DNA of 64,000 bases. Origin: an uncultured delta proteobacterium (GTDB lineage: Bacteria; Myxococcota; Myxococcia; Myxococcales; Myxococcaceae). The position numbers and the translations under genes are program-made. The stretch covers positions 32,001 to 96,000 of the forward strand of contig CAVQKE010000004.1 of assembly GCA_963713045.1 (NCBI GenBank), given 5' to 3'. The notes under the pieces were generated by a model. The model saw nothing but the letters and a program-made list of their open reading frames with translations. It made no database searches and was not told the origin of the DNA. Below, in pieces: positions 10,659-21,891 of this stretch (position 1 is its first letter; each line of letters opens with the position of its first letter).

Positions 10659-11846
10659 ATGCCGAAGCAGCTGCTGGTTGCTGACGACTCGCTCACCATT
10701 CGCAAAGTCATCGGGATGGTCTTCGCCGTGGAAGACGTCTCCCTCACCTTCGTTGACAACGGCATTGACGCCATTGCACGGGCCCGCGAACTGAAACCCG
10801 ACTGCGTGCTGGCCGACGTCCTGATGCCGGGCAAAAGCGGCTATGAGGTTTGCGAGGCCCTGAAGGCGGACCCGGCGACCGCGTCCATCCGCGTGCTGCT
10901 TCTGGCCGGCAATTTCGAGCCCTTCGACGAAGCGCGGGCCCGCGCTGTCCGGGCCGATGACTTCATCGTCAAGCCCTTCGAGAGCCAGGCCCTGATTGAC
11001 AAGGTGCGAGCGCTGGTCGGCCTCCCGGCGGGCATTCCGCCCCCGGCGCGTCCCTATGCGCCGTCACCGGCCGCCGAGCAAACCCCCTTTGCGCCGCGCC
11101 CGAGGGCTCCCATGGCTGGCATGCCGGCGCGTTCCCCGCTCACCGGAAGCGGCTTCACACCGGCTGCCGGCGTCCAGCGGCCTCCCAGCGGTGTCCCGCA
11201 GCCCATGCCAGGGCCGGCCGGTGTCCCCCGGCCTCCGGGCGCTCCCACCCCCCTTTCTGCCGGACCGGCGGTGCCGCGTCCCTCCGCAATTCCCGGCCAG
11301 AGCGTGCCAGCGGCCCCGAGACCGCCAGTTGGGCCCACGACGACGCAGCCCCTCCCGGGGATGAATCGCCCAGCGCCGCAGCCCTATGTGCCCAGCGCCC
11401 CGCGCTCTGGAGTCCCCAGCCTGACCAGCCCTGGGCTTCCACGTCCCCCGGGGGCTTCCCTTCCGACGCAAAGCAACCCGGCTCTCGCCCGTCCTGCACC
11501 CCAAGCCTTCACCCCTGCCGCGCCCCGCGCCCCGGCACCGCTGCCGACGCTTCAGCCGCGCGCCCGCGAGTCCTTCGCCCTTGGGACGGCGCCCGGGGTG
11601 CCTGGGCCAGCCTCCAGAGCCAGCAGCGAGGTGGAGGAGATGACACTGGACGTGGGCGACGTCCCCACCCCGCTGGCCGCCACCCCGCCGGCCGACGGTG
11701 GAGAAGCCGCGCTTCGGGCCGCCCTGAAGAACGCTTCCCAAGAAGTCATTGAGAGAATTGCATGGGAGGTGGTGCCGCAGCTGGCGGAGACCATCGTTAA
11801 GGAATACGTGGAACGCACCATGCGCGAACGGGGAGCCAAGGCCTGA
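10659..11846 (+). CDS. romR: Polarity/motility response regulator RomR
   Basis: N-terminal receiver, long Pro-rich linker, C-terminal EVIERIAWEVVPQLAETIVKE motif; directly upstream of valS as in Myxococcus. Confidence 0.88.
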   Translation: MPKQLLVADDSLTIRKVIGMVFAVEDVSLTFVDNGIDAIARARELKPDCVLADVLMPGKSGYEVCEALKADPATASIRVLLLAGNFEPFDEARARAVRADDFIVKPFESQALIDKVRALVGLPAGIPPPARPYAPSPAAEQTPFAPRPRAPMAGMPARSPLTGSGFTPAAGVQRPPSGVPQPMPGPAGVPRPPGAPTPLSAGPAVPRPSAIPGQSVPAAPRPPVGPTTTQPLPGMNRPAPQPYVPSAPRSGVPSLTSPGLPRPPGASLPTQSNPALARPAPQAFTPAAPRAPAPLPTLQPRARESFALGTAPGVPGPASRASSEVEEMTLDVGDVPTPLAATPPADGGEAALRAALKNASQEVIERIAWEVVPQLAETIVKEYVERTMRERGAKA

Positions 11847-14800
11847 GCGGAGACAACGTCGAGGAGCTCCCCAAGGCCTACGACCCGACTGCGGTCGAAC
11901 GCCGGTGGTCGAACGCATGGAGAGAAGCAGGCTGTTTCCGGGCTGAGGCCACCTCGGAGTGGCCGGCCTACTGCATCATCCTGCCACCGCCCAACGTGAC
12001 GGGGGCGCTGCACATCGGCCATGCGCTGGGCAACACGCTGCAGGATGTGCTGGCGCGCTGGCGTCGGATGTCCGGCGACAACGTCCTCTGGCAGCCCGGC
12101 ACCGACCATGCCGGCATCGCGACACAGCTGGTGGTGGAGCGGGAGCTCGCCCGGACCGAGGGCAGAACCCGGCAGGAGCTAGGTCGGGCGGCGTTCCTCG
12201 CCCGGGTGTGGGAGTGGAAGGAGAAGTACGGCCATCGCATCGACGAGCAGCAGGCGGACCTGGGCAGTAGCCTCGACTGGAGCCGCGAGCGCTTCACGCT
12301 CGACCCGGGCGCCTCCCGCGCCGTGGTGGAAGCCTTCGTCCGGCTGCACGAGGAGGGGCTACTGTACCGGGCGCAGCGACTCATCAACTGGTGCCCGGAC
12401 TGCAAGACTGCCCTCAGTGATTTGGAAGTCGAGCACGAGGAGACCAAAGGCTCGCTCTGGGAGATTCGCTACCCGGTCAAAGGCAGCGAGCGGGTCCTGG
12501 TGGTGTCCACCACCCGTCCTGAAACGATGCTCGGCGATACCGCGGTGGCGGTCCACCCGGACGACCTGCGCTACCGGGACTTGGTGGGAAAGACGGTGGT
12601 GCTGCCCCTGGTCGGCCGCGAGATTCCCATCATTGCCGATGGCGAGTTGGTGAGCATGGAGTTTGGGACGGGCGTGGTGAAAGTCACCCCGGCGCACGAC
12701 TTCAATGACTACGAGACGGGACTGCGCCACCAGCTTCCGATGGTGAGTATTTTCGACGAATCGGCCCGCACCAACAGCGAGGCGGGGCGCTACGCTGGAC
12801 TCAACCGCTTTGAGGCCCGAAAGCGCGTGCTGGCGGACCTGGCGGAGCACGGCTTCCTGGCGGCCGAAAAACCCCACCTCTTGAGCGTCGCGACCTGCCA
12901 GCGCAGCGGGACCGTCATCGAACCGCGACTCTCACCGCAGTGGTTCGTGCGCACCAAACCGCTTGCCCAGCCGGCCATCGCCGCGGTGGAGCAGGGCCGC
13001 GTCGAAATTCTGCCCGAGGGCTGGACGGCGACCTACTTTCACTGGATGCACAACATCCACGACTGGTGTGTCAGCCGCCAGTTGTGGTGGGGGCACCAGA
13101 TTCCGGCCTATTACTGCCAGGACTGCGGTCCGGATGCCCCGCCGGTGGTGGCCCGCACTCGGCCCGAGCACTGTCCCGGCTGTCGGAGCAGCCACCTGGT
13201 GCAGGACCCGGACGTGCTGGACACCTGGTTCAGCAGCGCCCTCTGGCCGTTCAGCACCTTGGGCTGGCCCCAAAAGACGGCCGAATTGGAGACCTTTTAC
13301 CCGACCAGCGTCCTCGAGACCGGGCACGACATCCTCTTCTTCTGGGTGGCCCGGATGCTGATGATGGGCCTGCACTTCATGAAGGACGTGCCCTTCCGCA
13401 CCGTGTTTTTGCACGCCATGGTGCGCGACGAGAAGGGCGAGAAGATGTCCAAGGTGAAGGGCAACGTCATCGACCCGCTGGACGTCATCCACGGGGCGAA
13501 GGCCGAGGCCTTGCCCCCGGCGCTGCGAAACAAGTTTCCCGAGGGGATGCCGGCCTTTGGGGCGGATGCGCTGCGCTACACGCTGGCCTCTCTCACCCAG
13601 CAGGGGCGCGACATCCGGCTTTCGCTCGAGCGCGTCAACGGCTACCGGGCCTTCGTCAACAAGCTGTGGAACGCCACGCGCTTCGTCCTCCTCAACCTCT
13701 CCGAATTTCGCCCGAGCGACGCGCCCCTTCAGCGGGGCCGGCTGACACTGGCGGACCGCTGGATTTTGGCCCGCCTGGAACGGCTGACGGAGGAGGTGGA
13801 GGCGGCGCTGTCCACCTTCCGGTTCGCCGAGGCGGCCTCGGCCCTCTACCAGTTTACCTGGCGCTCCTTTTGTGACTGGTACATTGAATTGGCCAAGGCG
13901 CCGCTGCAAGGGCAGGACGCAGAGGCGCGCGCCACCACCCAAGCGGTGCTGGTCCAAGTCCTCGACCAGCTGCTGCGGCTGTTGCACCCCGTCATCCCTT
14001 TCGTGACGGAGGAGCTGTGGCACCGGTTGCCGGGCGTCTCCCCGGACGCCTTCCTCGCCCGGGCGGACTTCCCCGAGGCCAGCGGGAAATGGCGCGATGC
14101 GGCAGCCGAGGCGGAAATGGCCCCCGTGGTGGCCGTGATTGAGGCCATCCGCACCATTCGCGGCGAAAGCAACCTGTCGCCAGCAGCGCGCTTCCGGGCG
14201 GTGGTGCAGTCGGAGGCCCCTGCCCTTCGGGAGGCCCTCCGCCGGGCTTCGGGGTACGTCCTACCCCTGGCCGGCCTGACGGCCCTGGACGTGCAACCCC
14301 CCGGCCCCCAGCCCCCCCAATCGGCCAGCTGGGTGGGAGAAGGGCTCCAAGTCTTTGTCCCCCTCGCAGGACTGCTGGATCTACCCGAAGAACGTGCGAG
14401 GCTGGGGAAGGAACTTGTCCGCATTGAGATGGACCTAGCGGGACTGAGGAGAAAGCTGGACAATCCGAGCTTCGTCGCCAGGGCGCCTGCCGAGGTCGTC
14501 GAGAAGGACCGCGCACGCGTCGCGGAGCTTCAGCAGCGAAGGTCGAAAGTGCAGGAAAACCTGAATCGCATCGAGCCGGAGGGAACGATGTCCGAAAAGA
14601 CGCCGGAGGAGATGTTCCAGTCCACACCGCCCACGCCATCGAGCGGAATGTTCGGCATCCCGAGCGAGCCGTCGCATGAGGCTAGCCCGCCGGTGGCGGC
14701 CACTCCCGCGCCGCGAAAGGCGGCGCCCAAGAAGAAGGCGCCAGCGCGCAAGAAGCCCAAGGCCAAGCGCGCCGCCAAAAGGACGGCCCGCAAGGCAAAG

Positions 14801-14935
14801 CTTGGCAAGCGCAAGGCGGCCCTCAAGGCAAAGCTTGGGAAGCGCAAGGCGGCCCGAAAGACGTCGGCCCGCGGTGCCAAGCGCGGTCGGCGCAAGGCAA
14901 CGCGTCGTCCGGCCAAGCGCCGGGGCCGCCGCTAA
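11843..14935 (+). CDS. valS: Valine--tRNA ligase with Lys/Arg-rich C-terminal extension; probable CTG start
   Basis: ELPKAYDP, PPPNVTG, HIGH, DWCVSRQLWWGH, KMSKVKGN. The conserved N-terminus lies upstream of the first GTG (11996), and the frame is closed by TAA at 11798. Confidence 0.95.
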   Translation: MSGDNVEELPKAYDPTAVERRWSNAWREAGCFRAEATSEWPAYCIILPPPNVTGALHIGHALGNTLQDVLARWRRMSGDNVLWQPGTDHAGIATQLVVERELARTEGRTRQELGRAAFLARVWEWKEKYGHRIDEQQADLGSSLDWSRERFTLDPGASRAVVEAFVRLHEEGLLYRAQRLINWCPDCKTALSDLEVEHEETKGSLWEIRYPVKGSERVLVVSTTRPETMLGDTAVAVHPDDLRYRDLVGKTVVLPLVGREIPIIADGELVSMEFGTGVVKVTPAHDFNDYETGLRHQLPMVSIFDESARTNSEAGRYAGLNRFEARKRVLADLAEHGFLAAEKPHLLSVATCQRSGTVIEPRLSPQWFVRTKPLAQPAIAAVEQGRVEILPEGWTATYFHWMHNIHDWCVSRQLWWGHQIPAYYCQDCGPDAPPVVARTRPEHCPGCRSSHLVQDPDVLDTWFSSALWPFSTLGWPQKTAELETFYPTSVLETGHDILFFWVARMLMMGLHFMKDVPFRTVFLHAMVRDEKGEKMSKVKGNVIDPLDVIHGAKAEALPPALRNKFPEGMPAFGADALRYTLASLTQQGRDIRLSLERVNGYRAFVNKLWNATRFVLLNLSEFRPSDAPLQRGRLTLADRWILARLERLTEEVEAALSTFRFAEAASALYQFTWRSFCDWYIELAKAPLQGQDAEARATTQAVLVQVLDQLLRLLHPVIPFVTEELWHRLPGVSPDAFLARADFPEASGKWRDAAAEAEMAPVVAVIEAIRTIRGESNLSPAARFRAVVQSEAPALREALRRASGYVLPLAGLTALDVQPPGPQPPQSASWVGEGLQVFVPLAGLLDLPEERARLGKELVRIEMDLAGLRRKLDNPSFVARAPAEVVEKDRARVAELQQRRSKVQENLNRIEPEGTMSEKTPEEMFQSTPPTPSSGMFGIPSEPSHEASPPVAATPAPRKAAPKKKAPARKKPKAKRAAKRTARKAKLGKRKAALKAKLGKRKAARKTSARGAKRGRRKATRRPAKRRGRR
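14791..14856 (+). repeat. 33-bp tandem duplication encoding KAKLGKRKAA(L/R) twice
   Basis: caaggcaaagcttggcaagcgcaaggcggccct / caaggcaaagcttgggaagcgcaaggcggcccg. Confidence 0.9.
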
Positions 14936-14966
14936 AAGTCCGCCCAGTCCGGAGGGCAGCTTCGCC

Positions 14967-15812
14967 ATGGACTCCCTCGACCGGCTGATTGACCTCGCCC
15001 TGGACGAGGACGTCGGCGCGGCGGGGGATGTCACCACCGCCGCGCTGGTCAGCGCGTCGGCGCAGGGGCGGGCGGAGCTGGTGGCCAGGGAGAGGCTGGT
15101 GTTCGCCGGGGCTGAGGCCTTCGAGCGCGTCTTTCGGCGCATCGAGGCGGCAGCCACGGTGGCCTACCGGTATCAGGACGGGGCAAGGGTTGAGGCTGGG
15201 ACGGTGTTGGCAACCGTCTCCGCCTCCATGCGCACGCTCCTCATCGGCGAGCGCACGGCCCTCAACATTCTTCAACGGGTGTGCGGCATCGCGACGCTGT
15301 CGGCCCAGGCGGCCGATGCAGTCCGAGGCACGAAGTGCCGGGTGCTGGATACCCGCAAGACGTCGCCCGGCATGCGGGCGCTCAGCAAGTTGGCGGTGCG
15401 CGCCGGGGGAGCGGCCAACCACCGCTTCGGACTGTTTGACGGCATTCTCATCAAGGACAACCACCTGGCAGCGGTCGGCGGCGACGTGCGGGAGGCGCTG
15501 CGTCTGGCCCGCGCGGCAGCGCCGCGTCTTCTGAAGGTGGAAATTGAAGTGACGTCGCTGGCGCAGCTGGAAGACGCCATTTCCGGGGGCGCGGACGTGG
15601 TGCTGCTGGACAACATGGGCGACGCCGACGTCGCAGAGGCTGTCCGGCGCATCCGGGGGCGGGTGGAAGTGGAAGTCTCCGGCAACGTCACGTTGGAGCG
15701 TCTGCCACGCCTGGCGGCGCTGGGCGTCGACTTCGTCTCGATGGGGGCGCTGACCCACTCGGCGCGGGCGATGGACCTCTCCCTCGAGGTCGTGCCCGTT
15801 TCGCCGCAGTAG
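14967..15812 (+). CDS. nadC: Quinolinate phosphoribosyltransferase
   Basis: ALDED, GERTALN, LDTRKT, NHRFGL, LIKDNH, LLDNM, ALTHS motifs. Confidence 0.95.
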   Translation: MDSLDRLIDLALDEDVGAAGDVTTAALVSASAQGRAELVARERLVFAGAEAFERVFRRIEAAATVAYRYQDGARVEAGTVLATVSASMRTLLIGERTALNILQRVCGIATLSAQAADAVRGTKCRVLDTRKTSPGMRALSKLAVRAGGAANHRFGLFDGILIKDNHLAAVGGDVREALRLARAAAPRLLKVEIEVTSLAQLEDAISGGADVVLLDNMGDADVAEAVRRIRGRVEVEVSGNVTLERLPRLAALGVDFVSMGALTHSARAMDLSLEVVPVSPQ

Positions 15813-15836
15813 CTAACGCGCCGCGTTAAGGCGGCC

Positions 15837-17471
15837 TCAACGGACCGGGACAATGGCCTCGCTGCGGGCGACCCCCTCCGCGCCGGCCAACCCGCCCATC
15901 TCCATCAGCATGGCGGCCGTCGGTGCGACGTCCGCCGCCTGGATGCGCTGAGAATACGTCCCAGGCCGAACGCCCCGGCCGTACAGAAGCAACGGCACCT
16001 GCGCGTCGTAGCTGTAGGGGAGCCCATGACTCGTCCCGCTCTCGTCCTCGTCCAGGACGGCGAACGGGCGCAACAGGAAGAGAACGTCGCCACTGCGGCC
16101 GGGAAAGTAGCTGCGGCGCAGCGACGGCTGGTACCCCTGAAGGTCGTCGCAGCTTCCGAGGTCGTCCCGCGCCACGGCCAGGGCCACCCCGGGCTGATGG
16201 GCCAGCCAGGACGCGGCGGCGCGGCGCACCGCGGGGCCGTCCAAGTGGCGCGCCTCCAAGGCGCCGTCGTCCAGCACCACTTCGTATTCGGTGAAGGCAA
16301 ACACGAGCGGGGCGCCGAAGACGCGGGTCAGTTCCGCCTGCAGCCCGGCCTTCAGGGAGGAGGGCTTGACGCGAAGTCCAGGAAGGCCGGCGGCGATAAG
16401 TTCCTCGGGAATGGCGGCGCCGCCGTGGTCAGCGCTGAGGACCACGAGGAGATTGGCGCGGCCGCCTGCCGCGCGCTCCGCCGCCGCCAAGAGGTCCCCC
16501 AGCGCGCGGTCGAGGCGGACCAGCGCGTCCTGCACCTCCCAGGAGTAGGGGCCGTACAGGTGGTAGATGCGGTCCAAGGCGCTGAAGCTGACGGCGAGCA
16601 AGTCCGGGATGTCATCCTTGCCAAGTTGCTCCGCGCTGAGCGCCGCTTTGGCCGCCTCCACCAGGAATTCGTCGAAAAAGGGCGAGCTGGCGAAGGCGGC
16701 GTAGGACTGTGGGCCTGGCGCGGGAAGCCCGGCGGACAAGGGGTGGGGAAATTTGCGCTTCATGCCGAAGGCGTCGGCCTCGAAGGGCCGGTCGTCCTGG
16801 CCGCTGTAGGCCTTCTCCGGCAGGCTGAGCGTCCAGAGAAGAGCGAAGGCCTGGTCTGGCAGCCGCCTCTCATTGAGGGCCTTGACCCAGGCGGGCAGTT
16901 CCTTGGCGTAGAAGCTTCCGGTGACCAGTCGGCCCACCGCTTCGCTGAACCAGTACGGCGCACCCAGCCTGCCCGCCAGCGGAATGGCCGCCCGCCCCTT
17001 TCCCGAAAGCACCACCGCCTTGCCCACCCGCGCGGTGAAGAGGCGCAGGTGGTCCGCCAGCGTTTCACCGAGGAGCGCCTCCGGCGAGCTGTCCTCCGCC
17101 CCCAGCGGCGTGCCCAGCACGGGGTGGGCGGGGTCCCAGAAAATGGGTTCTTCCTTGCCGGTGGTGCGGTTGACGAGGCGGTTGCTGACGATGCCGGTGC
17201 GCCACGGGTAAGCCCCGGTGGACAGCACCGAATGTCCTGGGGCCGTCGACACCTCGGCCTGCTCATGGCGGGTGTCCGGAAAGAAGGCGCCCTTGTCGAG
17301 CAGCGTTGCCAGGCCAGCCCGAAAGTGGCTGCGGTTGCGGAGGAGAAGGTCGGTCCCAAGCGAGTCGATGGTGATGAAGAGCGTCAGTCGCGGCGGCCGC
17401 GCCACCGCCGGTGCGGCCACCAGCAGCAGGGTGAGGAGAAAGCCGCGGATGGGGGCAGGGGAGGCGTGCAT
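15837..17471 (-). CDS. Alkaline phosphatase/nucleotide pyrophosphatase family protein (PafA-like), secreted
   Basis: Signal peptide; ITIDSL, STAPGH, SADHG, GTSHG motifs. Confidence 0.88.
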   Translation of the reverse strand: MHASPAPIRGFLLTLLLVAAPAVARPPRLTLFITIDSLGTDLLLRNRSHFRAGLATLLDKGAFFPDTRHEQAEVSTAPGHSVLSTGAYPWRTGIVSNRLVNRTTGKEEPIFWDPAHPVLGTPLGAEDSSPEALLGETLADHLRLFTARVGKAVVLSGKGRAAIPLAGRLGAPYWFSEAVGRLVTGSFYAKELPAWVKALNERRLPDQAFALLWTLSLPEKAYSGQDDRPFEADAFGMKRKFPHPLSAGLPAPGPQSYAAFASSPFFDEFLVEAAKAALSAEQLGKDDIPDLLAVSFSALDRIYHLYGPYSWEVQDALVRLDRALGDLLAAAERAAGGRANLLVVLSADHGGAAIPEELIAAGLPGLRVKPSSLKAGLQAELTRVFGAPLVFAFTEYEVVLDDGALEARHLDGPAVRRAAASWLAHQPGVALAVARDDLGSCDDLQGYQPSLRRSYFPGRSGDVLFLLRPFAVLDEDESGTSHGLPYSYDAQVPLLLYGRGVRPGTYSQRIQAADVAPTAAMLMEMGGLAGAEGVARSEAIVPVR

Positions 17472-17586
17472 GGGCAGAACCCTTCTTATGAAGCCCGGGC
17501 GGGGCCTCGGCGCGCAAGGGCGTCCAGCTCCTCTGTTGCTCGTCACCACAGCGGGGCGCGGGTGGGGTACCGTCCTCGCCCCCACA

Positions 17587-18006
17587 ATGTTCGAAGCCCG
17601 ACAGCGAGTCATCTACGGGGACACCGACCAGATGGGCGTCGTCTACTACGCCAACTACCTCCGCTACTTCGAGCATGCGCGAAATGAATTGTTTCGCGCT
17701 CGCGGCGGTACCTACCGGGCGTTCGAGGAACAAGGGCTGATGCTGCCGGTGGTGGAGGCATGGGTGAATTACCGGGCGCCGGCGCGGTACGACGACTTAC
17801 TCGTCATTGGAGCAGAAATCTCGGCCGCCTCCCGAGTCCGGCTGACATTTCAGTACGAGGTCCGCCGCGAAGGGGAAGCCGAAGTGCTGTGCGACGGGCG
17901 TACGGTGCATGCCTGCCTGACGACGGCTGGGAAGCCGGCCCGACTTCCGCCGCACATTGTTGGCCTCGTCACCAAAACGCACCCAGTGCAGAAGGGGGAA
18001 CCATGA
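17587..18006 (+). CDS. Acyl-CoA thioesterase (YbgC/FadM family)
   Basis: DTDQMGVVYYANYLRYFE hot-dog motif. Confidence 0.9.
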   Translation: MFEARQRVIYGDTDQMGVVYYANYLRYFEHARNELFRARGGTYRAFEEQGLMLPVVEAWVNYRAPARYDDLLVIGAEISAASRVRLTFQYEVRREGEAEVLCDGRTVHACLTTAGKPARLPPHIVGLVTKTHPVQKGEP

Positions 18007-18971
18007 TGGACCGCAACCTGGCGCTGGAGGTGGTGCGCGTCACCGAGATGACAGCCATCGCCGCGGCGCGACTGATGGGGCGGGGGGAAAAGCACCTCTC
18101 CGACCAGGCGGCCGTGGATGCGATGCGCCGGGCCTTCGATGCCCTACCCATCCGCGGGACAGTGGTGATTGGGGAGGGCGAACGCGACGAGGCGCCGATG
18201 CTGTACATCGGCGAGGAAGTTGGACGGCGCGGCCCGGAGGACCCAGCGGTGGACATCGCCCTTGACCCGCTGGAAGGCACCAACCTCTGCGCCTATGGGC
18301 GCCCGGGGGCCATTGCCGTCGTCGCCTTTGCCGAGCGCGGCCAGCTGCTGAACGCCCCCGACACCTACATGGAGAAACTGGCGGTGGGGCCGCGCGCCAA
18401 GGGCGCCATCGACTTGCGCCGCAGTGCCACCGACAACCTCCGGGCCGTGGCGGCCAAGCTGCAACGTCGGGTCGAAGACTTGACGGTGATTGTCCTCGAG
18501 CGGCCCCGACACCAGGCGTTGATTGCCGAGGTGCGCGCCGCCGGGGCGCGGATTCGGCTCATCGAAGACGGCGACGTCGCGGCGGCGATTGCCACCTGCT
18601 TCGAGGACACTGGGGTGGACGTCCTGGTGGGCACTGGCGGAGCACCGGAGGGCGTCATCGCCGCAGCGGCGCTGAAAAGCGTGGGAGGCGACTTTCAAGG
18701 CCGTCTCAAATTCCGCAGCCCACAGGAAGCCGAGCGCGCTCGCTCGATGGGCGTCAAGGACCTCGACCGGGTCTACAGCGCTGAGGAGCTGGCGCAGGGG
18801 GAAGTGATGTTCGCCGCCACCGGTGTCACCGGTGGGGACTTCCTCAAGGGCGTGCGCTTCTTTGGAGGTGGCGCAGAGACCTATTCGGTGGTCATGCGCA
18901 GCAAGACGGGCACCGTCCGCTACGTGCAGGCCACCCACAAATTCGACAAGAAGCCGGGTTACGCGCCCTAA
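18003..18971 (+). CDS. glpX: Class II fructose-1,6-bisphosphatase
   Basis: VVIGEGERDEAPML, DPLEGT, GGAPEGV, FAATGVT. Confidence 0.96.
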   Translation: MMDRNLALEVVRVTEMTAIAAARLMGRGEKHLSDQAAVDAMRRAFDALPIRGTVVIGEGERDEAPMLYIGEEVGRRGPEDPAVDIALDPLEGTNLCAYGRPGAIAVVAFAERGQLLNAPDTYMEKLAVGPRAKGAIDLRRSATDNLRAVAAKLQRRVEDLTVIVLERPRHQALIAEVRAAGARIRLIEDGDVAAAIATCFEDTGVDVLVGTGGAPEGVIAAAALKSVGGDFQGRLKFRSPQEAERARSMGVKDLDRVYSAEELAQGEVMFAATGVTGGDFLKGVRFFGGGAETYSVVMRSKTGTVRYVQATHKFDKKPGYAP

Positions 18972-18995
18972 CCCAGGCGACGAAGGGAAATTGCC

Positions 18996-19424
18996 ATGGC
19001 CAGTGCCACCCGTTCCATCGTCATCGACGCGCCACCGGAGCGCGTTTTCGACGTCATCTCGGACTACGAAAGGTACCCGGAGTTTCTCTCCGAGGTGAAG
19101 TCCATCCGCACCTCGGAGCGGAAGGGCAACCAAGTCCTCATCCACTATGAAGTCGATGTCATCAAGCGCATCCACTACACCCTTCGCATGACGGAGGACC
19201 GTCCCCGGGGCCTGCAATGGACCTTCGTCGAGGGCGACCTCATGAAGGACAACCGGGGGGGATGGGTCCTCGAGCCGCTGGCCGACGGGAAGAAGACGAA
19301 TGCCATCTACAGCGTGGAAGTCGCCCTCGGCTTGCTCGTCCCACGGCCGCTCGTCACCGCCATGGTGGAGTCCAGCCTTCCCAAGATGCTGGAGTCGTTC
19401 AAGAAACGGGTCGAGTCGCGCTAG
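18996..19424 (+). CDS. SRPBCC/START family (polyketide cyclase/RatA-like) protein
   Basis: VFDVISDYERYPEFL motif, 142 aa. Confidence 0.85.
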   Translation: MASATRSIVIDAPPERVFDVISDYERYPEFLSEVKSIRTSERKGNQVLIHYEVDVIKRIHYTLRMTEDRPRGLQWTFVEGDLMKDNRGGWVLEPLADGKKTNAIYSVEVALGLLVPRPLVTAMVESSLPKMLESFKKRVESR

Positions 19425-19585
19425 GTGCGCGCCCGTCCCCCCGGGTGGGGAAGCCCCCCCCGGCGGCCACAGCCTTGCGGGGGCGGCCGGAGCTATTACA
19501 ATGGGGATGTTTCAGGGCGCGGGGGGTGGAGGACGATGAATCCTTCGCCTGCTCCGCGCGTCGGACAGTTTGGAGGCGGTTGGAA

Positions 19586-19765
19586 GTGGAGACGCTAGAG
19601 ACCTTCATCATCGACGAGCAGCGTAAGCGCGAGCGTCGCCGAGACGAAGCGCCGGCCGTCGAGCTGCCTCTTCCGGAGCCTGAACTGGACCGGCCCCCGA
19701 GGAAGAGCAACACCGGGGATGAGCCGCCCAAGCGGGGCGTCGTGGTCATCGATTTACTGGGCTAA
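19586..19765 (+). CDS. Small conserved-type myxobacterial protein (METLETFIIDE...RGVVVIDLLG)
   Basis: GGAGG SD at 19572-19576 before GTG; FII-E...RGVVVID pattern. Confidence 0.7.
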   Translation: METLETFIIDEQRKRERRRDEAPAVELPLPEPELDRPPRKSNTGDEPPKRGVVVIDLLG

Positions 19766-19809
19766 GGGCGGGGCGTCGGCTCCTTGCCCCCCCTTCCACC
19801 TGGCCGTAG

Positions 19810-21117
<1,308 letters not shown>

Positions 21118-21120
21118 GCC

Positions 21121-21891
21121 ATCCGCATCCTGGTGTCCAACGACGACGGCGTGCTCGCGGCTGGGCTGGAGGCTCTGGTGTTGGCGCTCTCGCCGCTGGC
21201 CGAAGTCTGGGTGGTGGCGCCCGAAGTCGAGCAGAGCGCGGCCTCCCACGCCATTTCTCTGCACCGTCCGTTGCGCATCCGCAAGGTGCGCGAGCGCTGG
21301 TACAGCGTGGACGGGACGCCCACCGACTGCGTCTATTTGGCGATTCACCACTTGATGAAGGACGAGCTGCCGCGCATTGCCGTTGCCGGCATCAACCACG
21401 GGCCCAACCTGGCCGACGACGTCATCTACTCCGGCACGGTGGCCGCGGCGATGGAGGCCAGTTTACTGGGCGTCCCGGCAGTGGCGGTGAGCCTGGTGTC
21501 CCGCGGCCGGTTCGACTTCACCGCCTCAGCGCGCTTCTCGCGCGCGCTGGTGGGGACGGCCTTGGCCGAAGAGCTGCCGCCACGGGTGCTGCTCAACGTC
21601 AACGTCCCCGAAGGGCAACCGGAAGGCTATGCCGTCACCCGCTTCGGCCGGCACAGCTATGGCAACGCCGTGGTGGAAAACGTCGACCCGCGCGGCAGGC
21701 GCTACTACTGGATTGGCGGCAACGACTACCAGCACGAGGACGTGCCGGGCAGCGACTGCAACGCCGTCTTCGACGAGCGGCTCGTCTCGGTGACGCCGAT
21801 GGTGCTCGACTTCACCGACGAGGCACTCCTCAAGCGGCTTGCTGGCTGGTCCATCGACGGCTTCCCCTGCCGCCGGGTGGAGGGCGGATGA
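21121..21891 (+). CDS. surE: 5'/3'-nucleotidase SurE; probable ATC start
   Basis: RILVSNDDG, GTPTDC, GINHGPN, YSGTVAAA; the only codon at the usual Met position is ATC 21121. Confidence 0.92.
   Translation: MRILVSNDDGVLAAGLEALVLALSPLAEVWVVAPEVEQSAASHAISLHRPLRIRKVRERWYSVDGTPTDCVYLAIHHLMKDELPRIAVAGINHGPNLADDVIYSGTVAAAMEASLLGVPAVAVSLVSRGRFDFTASARFSRALVGTALAEELPPRVLLNVNVPEGQPEGYAVTRFGRHSYGNAVVENVDPRGRRYYWIGGNDYQHEDVPGSDCNAVFDERLVSVTPMVLDFTDEALLKRLAGWSIDGFPCRRVEGG

Noticed and set aside
11030..11700. Repetitive Pro-rich DNA in romR
   Set aside because: Known low-complexity linker of RomR, not a repeat array
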